Source: Candidatus Uhrbacteria bacterium (GTDB lineage Bacteria; Patescibacteriota; Patescibacteriia; UBA9934; GWF2-40-263). Taken from it: a DNA stretch of 50,250 bases. The notes beneath the pieces were generated by a model. The model made no database searches, was not told the origin of the DNA, and was given only the letters and a program-made list of their open reading frames with translations. This document shows, piece after piece, positions 10,801 to 20,258 of this stretch. The stretch's first letter is position 1; every line of letters starts with the position of its first letter. Both the position numbers and the translations under genes were made by a program. The stretch lies in the NCBI GenBank assembly GCA_014239775.1, contig JAAZYG010000050.1, forward strand, positions 1 through 50,250, in the 5' to 3' direction.

Positions 10801-10833
10801 AGAGTGATTACATTTGTTTTCACTCTTTTTTTA
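10801..10833 (+). terminator. Rho-independent terminator after the acidic-protein gene
   Basis: Stem AGAGTGA (10801-10807)/TCACTCT (10820-10826) followed by a T-run. Abuts the convergent tatD stop. Confidence 0.6.
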
Positions 10834-11712
10834 TAATTTAAAAAGTTTTTTTGCATTTAATGTTGTTTGTTTTGCAACATGCTCTACACTCAGATTCTTT
10901 AAATAAGCAACTTTTTGTGCAACAAATTCAACATAACCAGGCTCATTCCTCTTCCCTCTATAAGGTAATGGTGTTAGGTATGGTGAGTCTGTCTCGATTA
11001 ATATTTTTTCCAATGGGATATTTTTTACAACATTTTGAATCTCTGTAAGACCATCAATTAAAACATCTTTCTTTCTTGCTGGAAAAGTAATTGTTCCAGT
11101 AAATGAAATATAGAGGCCCAGATCAATAAATTTATTTGCCTGTTCTAGGTTGCCAGAAAAGCAATGCACAACACCTCCAGCTTGAAGCTTGCCTTCTTTT
11201 GTATATTCAAAAACTAGATCAGCCTGCTCATCATACCCATCTCTGCAATGTATTATAATAGGAAGATTCATTTCTGTTGCAAGATCAAAGTGCTGTCGTA
11301 CTACTTCATACTGCTTTTCTATAACCTCATCTTTATTAGCCTCCTCTGGTATTCTATAAAAATCCAGACCGCACTCACCTATTGCAACACACTTTGGATG
11401 TTGTGCTAATTTCCTAAAATACTCATAATCAAAATCTTCAGTTCTTGTTTTTATCTTGTTTGTTGTTTGTTTTTCTGGAGGAAGTTCATCATCATCAAAA
11501 AATGATTGTGCAACCAGATGATTTGGGTGTAGGCCAACAGAGGCCCACAGTCCATCGTGTTTCTCTGATACTAGCAATCCATTTTTACTTGTATCCTTTT
11601 GGGTTCCAACCGTAATCATAAAAACCCCTTTTTTAAGGGTTCTTTTTATTACATCATCCATATCATCTTTGTACGCATTGAAATGCACATGACAGTGTGT
11701 ATCAAATAACAT
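10831..11712 (-). CDS. tatD: TatD-family metal-dependent hydrolase/DNase
   Basis: MLFDTHCHVHF, GECGLDFYR, IIHCRD, VVHCFSG and ETDSPYLTP motifs. Confidence 0.92.
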   Translation of the reverse strand: MLFDTHCHVHFNAYKDDMDDVIKRTLKKGVFMITVGTQKDTSKNGLLVSEKHDGLWASVGLHPNHLVAQSFFDDDELPPEKQTTNKIKTRTEDFDYEYFRKLAQHPKCVAIGECGLDFYRIPEEANKDEVIEKQYEVVRQHFDLATEMNLPIIIHCRDGYDEQADLVFEYTKEGKLQAGGVVHCFSGNLEQANKFIDLGLYISFTGTITFPARKKDVLIDGLTEIQNVVKNIPLEKILIETDSPYLTPLPYRGKRNEPGYVEFVAQKVAYLKNLSVEHVAKQTTLNAKKLFKL

Positions 11713-11713
11713 A

Positions 11714-12220
11714 TTACTTATTCATTACTCCTTGCAGTGCTTGCGGGAATAGAACTTCTAGTGCGCTAGTGGTAGCAACTAGGTACTTTGCAACCGTAGA
11801 TGTTTCAAGTGCAAGTAGAAGCGTATCATTTGGCAAAACCTGCATTGCATAAAACAATACAACACCCACAACTATGACACCTTCTATAAATCCGAAGATT
11901 GCTCCAAGAAATCTATTTAATGACTTTGCAAAAGGTATTATTGTAATTATTCCAAAAACCTTTTCTATTAGCCAAAAAATTATTCCAACCAGTCGTGTAA
12001 TAACAATAAATAGTATTATAAATAGTATTATTTTTCCTACCTCTCCACCACCAAATAAAAATCCGAACTTTGCAAAAGCTGGATCTATGAATCTGGTTGC
12101 CAAAAAAATTCCAGCTATTGCACCAACAAGACTTCCAATTGTATGAACTAATCCGAAAAATAAACCAAAAAAAACAAAGGCTGCAACTATCACTATTAAA
12201 ATTATGTCAATTAAACCCAT
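11714..12220 (-). CDS. cvpA: CvpA-family membrane protein
   Basis: 168 aa with four TM helices. The N-terminus MGLIDIILIVIVAAFVFFGLFFGLVHTIGSLVG is typical of CvpA. Confidence 0.75.
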   Translation of the reverse strand: MGLIDIILIVIVAAFVFFGLFFGLVHTIGSLVGAIAGIFLATRFIDPAFAKFGFLFGGGEVGKIILFIILFIVITRLVGIIFWLIEKVFGIITIIPFAKSLNRFLGAIFGFIEGVIVVGVVLFYAMQVLPNDTLLLALETSTVAKYLVATTSALEVLFPQALQGVMNK

Positions 12221-12222
12221 AC

Positions 12223-13659
12223 TTAATCCTTCTTTGGAAATAACGGATCCCCTACTAATATAAGTTTACCATATCTACGCAATATTTCTTCTGCTGTTTC
12301 TGGAATGATTGGTAAAAGTGCATCTGCTATGAATCTAATATTCTCTGCAAGTTCTGATAAAACTTTTTTTGCAGCATTTTCATCTTCTTTAACTAGCTTA
12401 AATGGCTTAGTTTTCTCAATTGTTTCATTTGCATCTGAAATACTTTCAAAAATATGGTCAACGTATTTTTTAAAATCATAATTAGTCATGTCATCTTTCA
12501 ATTGTTTTTTCTTTAAACTAAAATCAATGTGCACTTGATCTAAATTACCTTGAAAGTATGAATTAGACATTGAAGCAACTCTACCAACAAGATTACCCAA
12601 TTGATTTGCAAGTTCAGAGTATCTTTCATTCATTCTTTTTTCTGAATAATCACCATCTGCGTGTGAAGGCATTTCACGTAATAAGTAGTACCTTACAGCA
12701 TCGGCTCCGTAATTTTCAACAATCTGATATGGATCAACTACATTACCAAGACTCTTGCTCATCTTCCTTCCTTCCGATGTAATAAATCCGTGTATAAAGA
12801 CCTGTTTTGATGTTGGTAAACCTGCAGACATAAGCATCGCCTGCCACATAGCTGATTGCTGACGCAAATTATCTTTACCAGCAACCTGTACACCAGGCCA
12901 GTATTCATTAAATTCTTTTCCGTCATCTTGCCAATCTAGTGTTGAGATATAATTAATTAAAGCATCAAACCACACATACATTACATGATCACTGTCTCCT
13001 GGCACCTCTATTCCCCATGGCATTTTTTTCTTTAATCTTGAAATACTAAAATCCTGCAACCCCGATTCAACAAAGTTTTTTATTTCAAGAAGCCTATTTG
13101 ATGGAACTACGAAATTTGGATTACTCTCATATAACTCAATTAGCTTGTCTTGATACCTTGAGAACTTGAAGAAATAATTCTCTTCATTTTTATGTTCTAT
13201 TTCTCTGTTTGGATGTGTTCCACATTTACCATCAAGTAACTCAGAGTCTGTAATTTCTAATTCACAACCAACGCAGTATTTAGTTTTGTAGTTCTTTTTA
13301 TATATATCACCATTCTCACTACAAATATTCCAAAATTTTTGAGCAGCTCTGATATGCTTTTCATCTGTGGTTCTTATAAAATGATCATAGGTTAAATTTA
13401 ATGCATTTTTTAATGCATCGAATTTTTCTGCATACTCATCAGCATACTCTTGTGGTTCTTTACCAGCCTCGACCGCTTTTTCGTAAATCTTTTTACCATG
13501 TTCGTCTGTTCCGGTATTAAAAATTACACTCCTACCTAAATTACGATTATACCTTGCAATTACATCGGCCTGAATAATCTCAAGAGCAAAACCGATGTGT
13601 GGTTTTGCATTTACATATGGCAATGTGGTTGTGATGTAAAAATTTTCTTTATCGTTCAT
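12223..13659 (-). CDS. metG: Methionine--tRNA ligase (no C-terminal tRNA-binding domain)
   Basis: 478 aa. HIGH-type PHIGFALEIIQAD, a Cys knuckle CVGCE...GKCGTH, and KMSKS (RKMSKSLGN). Confidence 0.95.
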   Translation of the reverse strand: MNDKENFYITTTLPYVNAKPHIGFALEIIQADVIARYNRNLGRSVIFNTGTDEHGKKIYEKAVEAGKEPQEYADEYAEKFDALKNALNLTYDHFIRTTDEKHIRAAQKFWNICSENGDIYKKNYKTKYCVGCELEITDSELLDGKCGTHPNREIEHKNEENYFFKFSRYQDKLIELYESNPNFVVPSNRLLEIKNFVESGLQDFSISRLKKKMPWGIEVPGDSDHVMYVWFDALINYISTLDWQDDGKEFNEYWPGVQVAGKDNLRQQSAMWQAMLMSAGLPTSKQVFIHGFITSEGRKMSKSLGNVVDPYQIVENYGADAVRYYLLREMPSHADGDYSEKRMNERYSELANQLGNLVGRVASMSNSYFQGNLDQVHIDFSLKKKQLKDDMTNYDFKKYVDHIFESISDANETIEKTKPFKLVKEDENAAKKVLSELAENIRFIADALLPIIPETAEEILRRYGKLILVGDPLFPKKD

Positions 13660-14335
13660 ATTTTTTTGGTGCTAGCACAATAACAAATTCACCTTTGATA
13701 CTAGTTGATTTCAACTCTTCTGTCACGTCACTTACTGTTCCTCTATATATTGTTTCGTGTAACTTAGTTAGCTCACGACCAATAATGATCAACCTGTTTT
13801 CTGTACGTTGTTCTAGCTCATCAAGTGTTTTAAATATACGATGTGTACTTTCATAAAATACAACAGTCGACTCTATATCACATACTTTATTAAAAAATTT
13901 CTGTCTTCCTTTTTTGTGCGGAGGAAAACCTAAAAAAACAAACTCATCTGCTGGAAAACCTGAAACTGACAGTGCTGTGATTAACGCTGAAGGACCTGGA
14001 ATAGGAACAATTGTAATATTGTCTTTAAAATGAAGAATTAATTCTTCAATGAGCTTACCCCCTGGATCAGAAATTGAAGGTGTGCCTGCGTCCGTAACCA
14101 TTGCAATATCGGACCCCTCCTCAAATAATCTAATTATTTTTTGTGTTTTAGATTTTTTTGAGTGCTGATGATATGACATTACTTCCGCCTTAATTTTGTA
14201 TTGATTTAATAATATCTGTGTAACACGAGTATCCTCACACAATACAATATCAACTAAAGAAAGCGTGTTTTTAGCACGCTCACTTATATCTTTTAAATTT
14301 CCTATTGGTGTTGCAACCACGTACAGGATTGGCAT
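13649..14335 (-). CDS. rsmI: 16S rRNA (cytidine1402-2'-O)-methyltransferase
   Basis: LYVVATPIGNLKDIS ... CEDTR ... tetrapyrrole-methylase-like fold. 228 aa. Confidence 0.9.
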   Translation of the reverse strand: MPILYVVATPIGNLKDISERAKNTLSLVDIVLCEDTRVTQILLNQYKIKAEVMSYHQHSKKSKTQKIIRLFEEGSDIAMVTDAGTPSISDPGGKLIEELILHFKDNITIVPIPGPSALITALSVSGFPADEFVFLGFPPHKKGRQKFFNKVCDIESTVVFYESTHRIFKTLDELEQRTENRLIIIGRELTKLHETIYRGTVSDVTEELKSTSIKGEFVIVLAPKKYER

Positions 14336-14338
14336 AAA

Positions 14339-15076
14339 TTATTTGTTACTCATATTTTCAAATGCACGCAATACCTCAAGTGGAAGTGCGAATATGACAG
14401 TATTCGATTGATCTGAAGACAGATCATTTAATGTACTTAATGTTCTTAAATGCAATGCTCCAGTTGAAGCAGCTAGGGTCTCGGCAGCTTTAGCTAGATT
14501 ATCAGACGCCTCAACCTCACCAAGCGCCTTAATCACAACAGCACGCCTTTCTCTTTCTGCTTCAGCTTGTTTTGCCATCGTACGTTTCATTTCAACTGGT
14601 AATGTGATGTCCTTTAATTCTACATTCTCAACCTGAATACCCCATGGGTCTGTAAGTGAATCTACGATTTCACGAATTTTTTTTGACGCATCCTCACGAG
14701 ATGTAAACAGTTCATCTAGGTCCATTTCACCAACAACATTACGCATTGTTGTCTGTGCAAGCTGGCTAACTGCATGCCTAAAATACTCAACTTCGATTAC
14801 GGCCTTTGCAGCATCCTTAACTTTATAATAAATTACTGCATTTATACTTGCTGAAATATTATCTTTTGTAATTGCCTCTTGGTCTGGAACATCAACAGCC
14901 TTAACTCTTATATCAACTTTCTTCATTGATTCCATTACAGGAATAATCAACCTCCAACCTGGATTCAGTGTAGAAACATATCTTCCAAACCTAAATTTTA
15001 CACCCCTTTGATATTCATTTACCTGCCTAATACTAATTAAAAGAACGAAAATTATAAAACCTATTAAAAATTCCAT
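14339..15076 (-). CDS. SPFH/Band 7 (stomatin/prohibitin-like) membrane protein
   Basis: N-terminal TM helix, then VNEYQRGVKFRFGRY ... ITKDN ... coiled-coil AEAERERRA. Confidence 0.9.
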   Translation of the reverse strand: MEFLIGFIIFVLLISIRQVNEYQRGVKFRFGRYVSTLNPGWRLIIPVMESMKKVDIRVKAVDVPDQEAITKDNISASINAVIYYKVKDAAKAVIEVEYFRHAVSQLAQTTMRNVVGEMDLDELFTSREDASKKIREIVDSLTDPWGIQVENVELKDITLPVEMKRTMAKQAEAERERRAVVIKALGEVEASDNLAKAAETLAASTGALHLRTLSTLNDLSSDQSNTVIFALPLEVLRAFENMSNK

Positions 15077-15080
15077 AGTA

Positions 15081-16208
15081 TTATTTATTATATATACTTA
15101 TATTTAAATTAAATGCTGAAAAACAAAACCAAAAATAATTTTCTAATGGAATTGGAGTAAGTTTTAATCCGCGCAACTCACCACTAAATGCCTCGCCATC
15201 TAAATCCCATCTTGTACTAGTTTGATCATCAACCAAGACTTTATTTTCAATCCTAAAATTTAATATATCACCATTAATATTTCTTGAAAAACCACGAACT
15301 GTATTAAGTACCATATCCCAAAATACAACAACATCTTGATCACCTACTACATCATTTATAATTTTGTCTTGCTTAACATCCTCTAAAGTAAAAACCTTGC
15401 CTATTTTGTCATCTGAAACACCAACTATCAAATCCTTTACATGAAGTCTTTGATCTTTATTTTTTATAGGGAAAAAAACTGAATTGTCTGTATGATATTT
15501 TATATAGGGATCTCTTGTATAGTCACGTGATGCTCCTGTATTTCTTGACAACACATCTCCATCTGCAAAATTCTTTTTGAAATCATTCCAAGTTATTGTA
15601 AGTGATGGATAGTTTGCTAATTTTAATCCAGCAAGCTCTCCATATATTGACTCTCCCAAAACCTGTGACCATAAGGAGTTTGTCCCCTTGTCATACATCA
15701 CTAAATTACTATTATATAATTTTCCTGAAACACCAAACTCAACTTCGTCTTCATTTATCTTTCTTTCAAACACAATCCCAGAGTTACACAATGGACAATA
15801 CGTAACAAGTAATGATTGCCCTTTAAATACATCATTGATCACCTCGTGCCAAACCAATATTTGATATGGATAAAATCGCGCATGGCTTCCATTTTGTACC
15901 AATAATCCATATCCATCATCATCTAAATATTGATCCGCAGCTCTTACTGATTCAAAATCAGGATCATCTATAGATGGAATCCCGTTATTTAACACACCTC
16001 CAGAAACAAGATCTGTTACATCAAAATCATTATTGTTACTTAAAACAACTTTATCACCAGACTCATTTTCAATCACACTATTTATTGATGTTGTGTAAAA
16101 ATCATATCTCCAATAAAAAACTGTAGACGCTATTAATAAAATAAATATAATTACATACTTTGTCTTTTCTCTGTCCATATTTACTACAAAACCTTTATTC
16201 ATCGTCAT
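15081..16208 (-). CDS. DUF3179-domain protein (membrane-anchored/secreted)
   Basis: N-terminal TM helix. YPYQILVWHEVINDV ... LLVTYCPLCNSGIVFER is characteristic of DUF3179. Confidence 0.8.
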   Translation of the reverse strand: MTMNKGFVVNMDREKTKYVIIFILLIASTVFYWRYDFYTTSINSVIENESGDKVVLSNNNDFDVTDLVSGGVLNNGIPSIDDPDFESVRAADQYLDDDGYGLLVQNGSHARFYPYQILVWHEVINDVFKGQSLLVTYCPLCNSGIVFERKINEDEVEFGVSGKLYNSNLVMYDKGTNSLWSQVLGESIYGELAGLKLANYPSLTITWNDFKKNFADGDVLSRNTGASRDYTRDPYIKYHTDNSVFFPIKNKDQRLHVKDLIVGVSDDKIGKVFTLEDVKQDKIINDVVGDQDVVVFWDMVLNTVRGFSRNINGDILNFRIENKVLVDDQTSTRWDLDGEAFSGELRGLKLTPIPLENYFWFCFSAFNLNISIYNK

Positions 16209-16572
16209 CTAGAGGTGCATCATAGCCTTTATCAGACATTAATCTTTTCTCATGCTCTATAGCACCTTCCATAATTATATCCTCCTTTATTTCTTCGTAC
16301 TCTTTACGTTCTTCCTCACTTATTTTTAACTCTTTTTTCTTTTCTTTAACTTTTTGCTCCACCTGTTTTATTACTTTTTTAAAAATTTTTGTTCTTTCTT
16401 CTTGATCTCTTACACCCATATTGGTCAATGCCTGCCATACATGATGATTGCCTTCATACTCATCAGACAACGCAACAGCCTCTGCAATTACTGCAGATAA
16501 TAACCTTTCACTGTAATTAGTTTCAAATCTACGCATATATTTATTTGACGTTAAGTATAATTCATATACCAT
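16195..16572 (-). CDS. Hypothetical charged/coiled-coil protein
   Basis: 125-aa ORF overlapping the next gene by 14 nt. K/E-rich centre, no recognised motif. Confidence 0.6.
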   Translation of the reverse strand: MVYELYLTSNKYMRRFETNYSERLLSAVIAEAVALSDEYEGNHHVWQALTNMGVRDQEERTKIFKKVIKQVEQKVKEKKKELKISEEERKEYEEIKEDIIMEGAIEHEKRLMSDKGYDAPLDDDE

Positions 16573-16608
16573 GTAAATGAATTTTTATAAAGAAATAAAC
16601 TACATAGT

Positions 16609-17241
16609 ATGACCTCATCAAGAGACTACGAATCAAAACCTTTGCCCTTTAACAAGGATTTGATCGGAATATCCAATAATACAATTGAGATACATCACGA
16701 CAAGCTTTATCAAGGATATGTTAATAAAATGAATGAGATCGGCAGTAAATTAGCAAAATTTTCACATGGAGAAACTGACGTTTCTGGAAATCAAACTCAT
16801 TCTGAGCTTAGAGGACTTAGAAACGGAGAAACGTTTGCAAATAATGGTGTTTACCTGCATGAATACTATTTTAATGTACTTGGACGCAACAATGAAGATG
16901 TTCCAGAAAATGACTTAATTAAGGCCATTATAGAAAAATTTGATTCGATTGACAATTTTATTGCATATTTTTCAGCCAGTGGAATGGCGATGCGTGGTTG
17001 GGTTGTTCTTGCATGGGATATACAGCTTGGTAAATTAAAGGTTTACGGATGTGACTCTCATAACCAAGGTGGCGTGTGGGGGTGTGTGCCAATTATCGTA
17101 CTTGATGTGTATGAGCATGCATATTATCTAGATTATGGCGCAGACAGAAAAAAATACATCACTGATTTCTGGAAAAATCTAAACTGGGAAGCAGCTAATC
17201 ATATTTATAAAAAAATTAATTCAGTAACATTAAACGGATAA
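16609..17241 (+). CDS. sodA: Fe/Mn superoxide dismutase
   Basis: IEIHHDKLYQGYV, LHEYYF and DVYEHAYYLDY. All four metal-ligand positions are present. Confidence 0.92.
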   Translation: MTSSRDYESKPLPFNKDLIGISNNTIEIHHDKLYQGYVNKMNEIGSKLAKFSHGETDVSGNQTHSELRGLRNGETFANNGVYLHEYYFNVLGRNNEDVPENDLIKAIIEKFDSIDNFIAYFSASGMAMRGWVVLAWDIQLGKLKVYGCDSHNQGGVWGCVPIIVLDVYEHAYYLDYGADRKKYITDFWKNLNWEAANHIYKKINSVTLNG

Positions 17242-17246
17242 TTATT

Positions 17247-17792
17247 ATGTCAGACAATCAAGCCCCACAGAGAGCTCAGGTTGGAAAAACCGCACCACAA
17301 TTTAAGGTAGAAGCAGTTAGTAGATCTGGTGATTTTGTGAATGTAGATTTAAATGACTACAAAGGAAGGTGGTTGGTGTTGTTTTTCTACCCACTAGACT
17401 TTACATTTATTTGCCCTACAGAAATTACAGGTTTTTCAGATCGTCATGATGAATTTGCAACATTGAACGCTGAAGTTCTTGGTGGATCGACAGATTCTGT
17501 GCACTCACATAAAGCTTGGCTAAAAGATTTAGGTGAATTAAAATACTCATTGTTTTCAGATATGACAAGATCTATGTCTCGTGATTATGGTGTGTTAATG
17601 GAAGATGAAAGCATTGCACTTAGAGGTACATTTATAATCGATCCAGAAGGGGTGCTTAGATATTCTCTTTATCATGATCTTGGTATTGGACGATCTGTAA
17701 CAGAAACATTAAGAGTTTTAAAGGCATTGCAAACAGGCGAACTGTGCCCTGTTGAATGGAGTGAAGGAAAAGATACACTTGGAAAAGCTTAG
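17247..17792 (+). CDS. 2-Cys peroxiredoxin (AhpC/Tsa family)
   Basis: FFYPLDFTFICPTEI peroxidatic Cys motif and a C-terminal GELCPVEW resolving Cys. Confidence 0.93.
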   Translation: MSDNQAPQRAQVGKTAPQFKVEAVSRSGDFVNVDLNDYKGRWLVLFFYPLDFTFICPTEITGFSDRHDEFATLNAEVLGGSTDSVHSHKAWLKDLGELKYSLFSDMTRSMSRDYGVLMEDESIALRGTFIIDPEGVLRYSLYHDLGIGRSVTETLRVLKALQTGELCPVEWSEGKDTLGKA

Positions 17793-17812
17793 TATGCGAG
17801 AAATCCGTCAAG

Positions 17813-17848
17813 ATTAATAAAACAGGGCTCATGCCCTGTTTTATTAAT
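17813..17848. terminator. Bidirectional terminator between convergent peroxiredoxin and glutaredoxin-like genes
   Basis: Perfect 16-bp inverted repeat ATTAATAAAACAGGGC/GCCCTGTTTTATTAAT with loop TCAT. The GC core is flanked by A/T runs on both sides. Confidence 0.7.
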
Positions 17849-18080
17849 CTTCTATTTTTAGCAATTCTGCTACCTTTTTTTTATCAAATCCAACTAATAT
17901 CTCACCATTCGCATCTATTACAGGTACACCCATTTGTCCAGATTTTTTTATCATCTCTTGTGCCTTGTCTTGATCTGTAGATACGTCAATATTTTCATAT
18001 TTAACCTTTTTCTCACTTAAATATTCTTTAAGTTGATTACAATATGGACATGTTGGTGTTGAATATACTATTACACTCAT
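17844..18080 (-). CDS. Glutaredoxin-like (NrdH/Grx family) protein
   Basis: 78 aa with a CPYC active site (YSTPTCPYCNQLKEYL) and GVPVI. Confidence 0.88.
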   Translation of the reverse strand: MSVIVYSTPTCPYCNQLKEYLSEKKVKYENIDVSTDQDKAQEMIKKSGQMGVPVIDANGEILVGFDKKKVAELLKIED

Positions 18081-18085
18081 ATATT

Positions 18086-18364
18086 TTACTTATTTATAAT
18101 TGAAATTATTTCTGGAATGTCCTCCTCTTTAACCTCTCCTAAGTATACATTATCAGGCATTATTGCAATAGTTGCGCCTGACAAGCAATTACCTAAACAA
18201 CCTGTTTTTGATACACGTATTTCTGGATCAGATTCTGCAATTTTTATTTTTAGCTTGTTATATAAATCTAGTGACAGCTTATTTGCACAACTTGTAGAAC
18301 CTATCTGCCGTTCATTTACGCAAACCAGAACTATTTTTTTATATTGTATATCTGCTTTTCTCAT
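18086..18364 (-). CDS. Thioredoxin-like [2Fe-2S] ferredoxin-domain protein
   Basis: 92 aa. VLVCVNER...STSCANK ... KTGCLGNCLSGATIAIMP Cys pattern. Confidence 0.75.
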   Translation of the reverse strand: MRKADIQYKKIVLVCVNERQIGSTSCANKLSLDLYNKLKIKIAESDPEIRVSKTGCLGNCLSGATIAIMPDNVYLGEVKEEDIPEIISIINK

Positions 18365-19857
18365 TAAATTGCTTTTAGAAATTCTATTAATGTCCTAACG
18401 CCATGTCCTGTTGCACCTTTTTTCTCATATGAATTCATAGGCCTTTCTGCATACGCCGGACCAGCAATGTCTAAATGAGCCCAAGGAGTCTTACCTACAA
18501 ATTCCTCTAAAAATAAACCGGCTGTTAATGCACCACCGTATCTTCCACCTATATTTTTCAGATCAGCAATATCAGACTTAAGAAGTTTTTTATAATTTTT
18601 TTCAAGTGGCAATTCCCACATTTTTTCTCCTGCAGATGCTGCTGCAATTAAGATTTTATTTGCTAATTCTGGATTATTTGACATTACACCTGTCATTTCT
18701 TCACCAAGTGCCACAACACATGCACCAGTCAATGTTGCTAAATCTATAATTAAGTCAGGTTTTTTCTTAACAGCAAATGATAGTGTATCTGCAAGTGTCA
18801 CACGCCCTTCCGCATCGGTGTTTAGTATTTCAATAGTTTTACCATTAAGTGCTTTTATTACATCTCCTGGTCTAATTGCTTTTCCAGAAGGCATGTTCTC
18901 AACCGCACCAAATATACCATGCACTTCTACCTGAGGTTTTATTTCATTTATAACTGAAAAAAGTCCTAAAAGTGCAGCAGAACCACCCATGTCACATTTC
19001 ATTGACATCATATATTCAGCCGGCTTTAGTGATAAACCACCTGAATCAAACGTCACAGCCTTACCAACTATAGCAATTTTCTTTTTGATCTTTCCTTCTG
19101 GCTTATAAACCATATGGACCAAATAAGGCTCATGATCGGAGCCTTGATTTACAGCCAGCAAACCTCCTGCCCCCATTTTTTTTAGCTGTTCTTTATCGTA
19201 TACACGCACTTTAAGATCTTTCTTACCTTTTGCTATTTCTTTTGCTGAATTCACTAAATCAACTGGAGCCATATGTAGCCCAGGTGTATTTACAAGATCT
19301 CTGGCAAACATTGTGCCTTCAGCTCCATTTTTACCATCTGATATAGCCTTAGATAATTCTGCAGGCTTTATAGCATCTGAAAAAACTTCAACTATTTCAA
19401 GTTTATTAGCTGTTTTATCTTTCTTATATTTTCCATATACATAACCACCCAAAATCAAACCCTCTATTAGTGCTTTTGCGAGGTTTTTTGTATCTATTTG
19501 TTCTATATCATCTCCATGGATTACTGTCACAACTTTTTTACATCCCATTTTTTTTATCAAACAAGAAACTGTAGCTGAAATCTCTCTCTCAGTTTGTGAT
19601 GTAAACTCTTCTTCTTTTCCAAGGCCAACTAATAATATTTTCTTTGTTGGTATCTTGTTAAAAGTCCTTAATTTTAATATTGTAGATTTTTTAAATTTAA
19701 AATTATCTTCTTTAATAACTTTACTTAATACACCATCTAAAATAATATCTATATTTTTAATTTTTTTATTTAAACCTTTACGACCCTCAAAGTCACTCAG
19801 TACTAATAGATCACAATCATTTTGTCCTAAATCTGTTTTGTTTATCAATATTTTCAT
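18364..19857 (-). CDS. pepA: Leucyl aminopeptidase (M17)
   Basis: VGKAVTFDSGGLSLKP, MKCDMGG and NTDAEGRVTLAD. Confidence 0.95.
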   Translation of the reverse strand: MKILINKTDLGQNDCDLLVLSDFEGRKGLNKKIKNIDIILDGVLSKVIKEDNFKFKKSTILKLRTFNKIPTKKILLVGLGKEEEFTSQTEREISATVSCLIKKMGCKKVVTVIHGDDIEQIDTKNLAKALIEGLILGGYVYGKYKKDKTANKLEIVEVFSDAIKPAELSKAISDGKNGAEGTMFARDLVNTPGLHMAPVDLVNSAKEIAKGKKDLKVRVYDKEQLKKMGAGGLLAVNQGSDHEPYLVHMVYKPEGKIKKKIAIVGKAVTFDSGGLSLKPAEYMMSMKCDMGGSAALLGLFSVINEIKPQVEVHGIFGAVENMPSGKAIRPGDVIKALNGKTIEILNTDAEGRVTLADTLSFAVKKKPDLIIDLATLTGACVVALGEEMTGVMSNNPELANKILIAAASAGEKMWELPLEKNYKKLLKSDIADLKNIGGRYGGALTAGLFLEEFVGKTPWAHLDIAGPAYAERPMNSYEKKGATGHGVRTLIEFLKAI

Positions 19858-19911
19858 ATAAAAAAATAATACCTTTAAATGTAAGGTAAAAGATTACACA
19901 CTTTCCGCAAA

Positions 19912-20256
19912 TTACTCAACTAAAACAAAAAATTCGTAAACAATAGGCATTGTCATAATTAAAAACAATACTACGGAAATCATTAAAAACCACAAAATTC
20001 CATCTCTATTATGCGAAACATCCTTGCCTTTTAAAAACAATAGTGAAATACCAAATATTATAAAAAAACTAACTAGTGTTTTTAGGTACAGTCCTGAAAT
20101 CGGTCCAACAGACTCCTTAAGTGTAAACAACTCCCTTATTAAATCAATTCTGTAAACCAGAAAATTGGATATCCAGGCAATGTTTAGAGTTAAGCCTGTA
20201 GCAAATAAAGCTGAAAATGCAACAGATTCATGAATTCGTTTTTGAAAAAATTTCAT
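19912..20256 (-). CDS. Hypothetical small membrane protein
   Basis: 114 aa with 3-4 predicted TM helices. No motif. Confidence 0.6.
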   Translation of the reverse strand: MKFFQKRIHESVAFSALFATGLTLNIAWISNFLVYRIDLIRELFTLKESVGPISGLYLKTLVSFFIIFGISLLFLKGKDVSHNRDGILWFLMISVVLFLIMTMPIVYEFFVLVE

Positions 20257-20258
20257 AA

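Noticed and set aside
7753-10833. Calling the orphan gene pair a horizontally acquired mobile island.
   Set aside because: There is no integrase, transposase or tRNA, and I could find no flanking direct repeats. A hand count of GC in one 60-nt sample (8041-8100: 24/60) is no different from atpD (1741-1800: 23/60). Compositional foreignness is therefore not supported, and only insulation by terminators is seen.
16566-16571. Perfect TATAAT upstream of sodA as a promoter.
   Set aside because: There is no acceptable -35 or TG extension at 16-18 nt spacing, and isolated -10-like hexamers are frequent in AT-rich sequence. Left uncalled.
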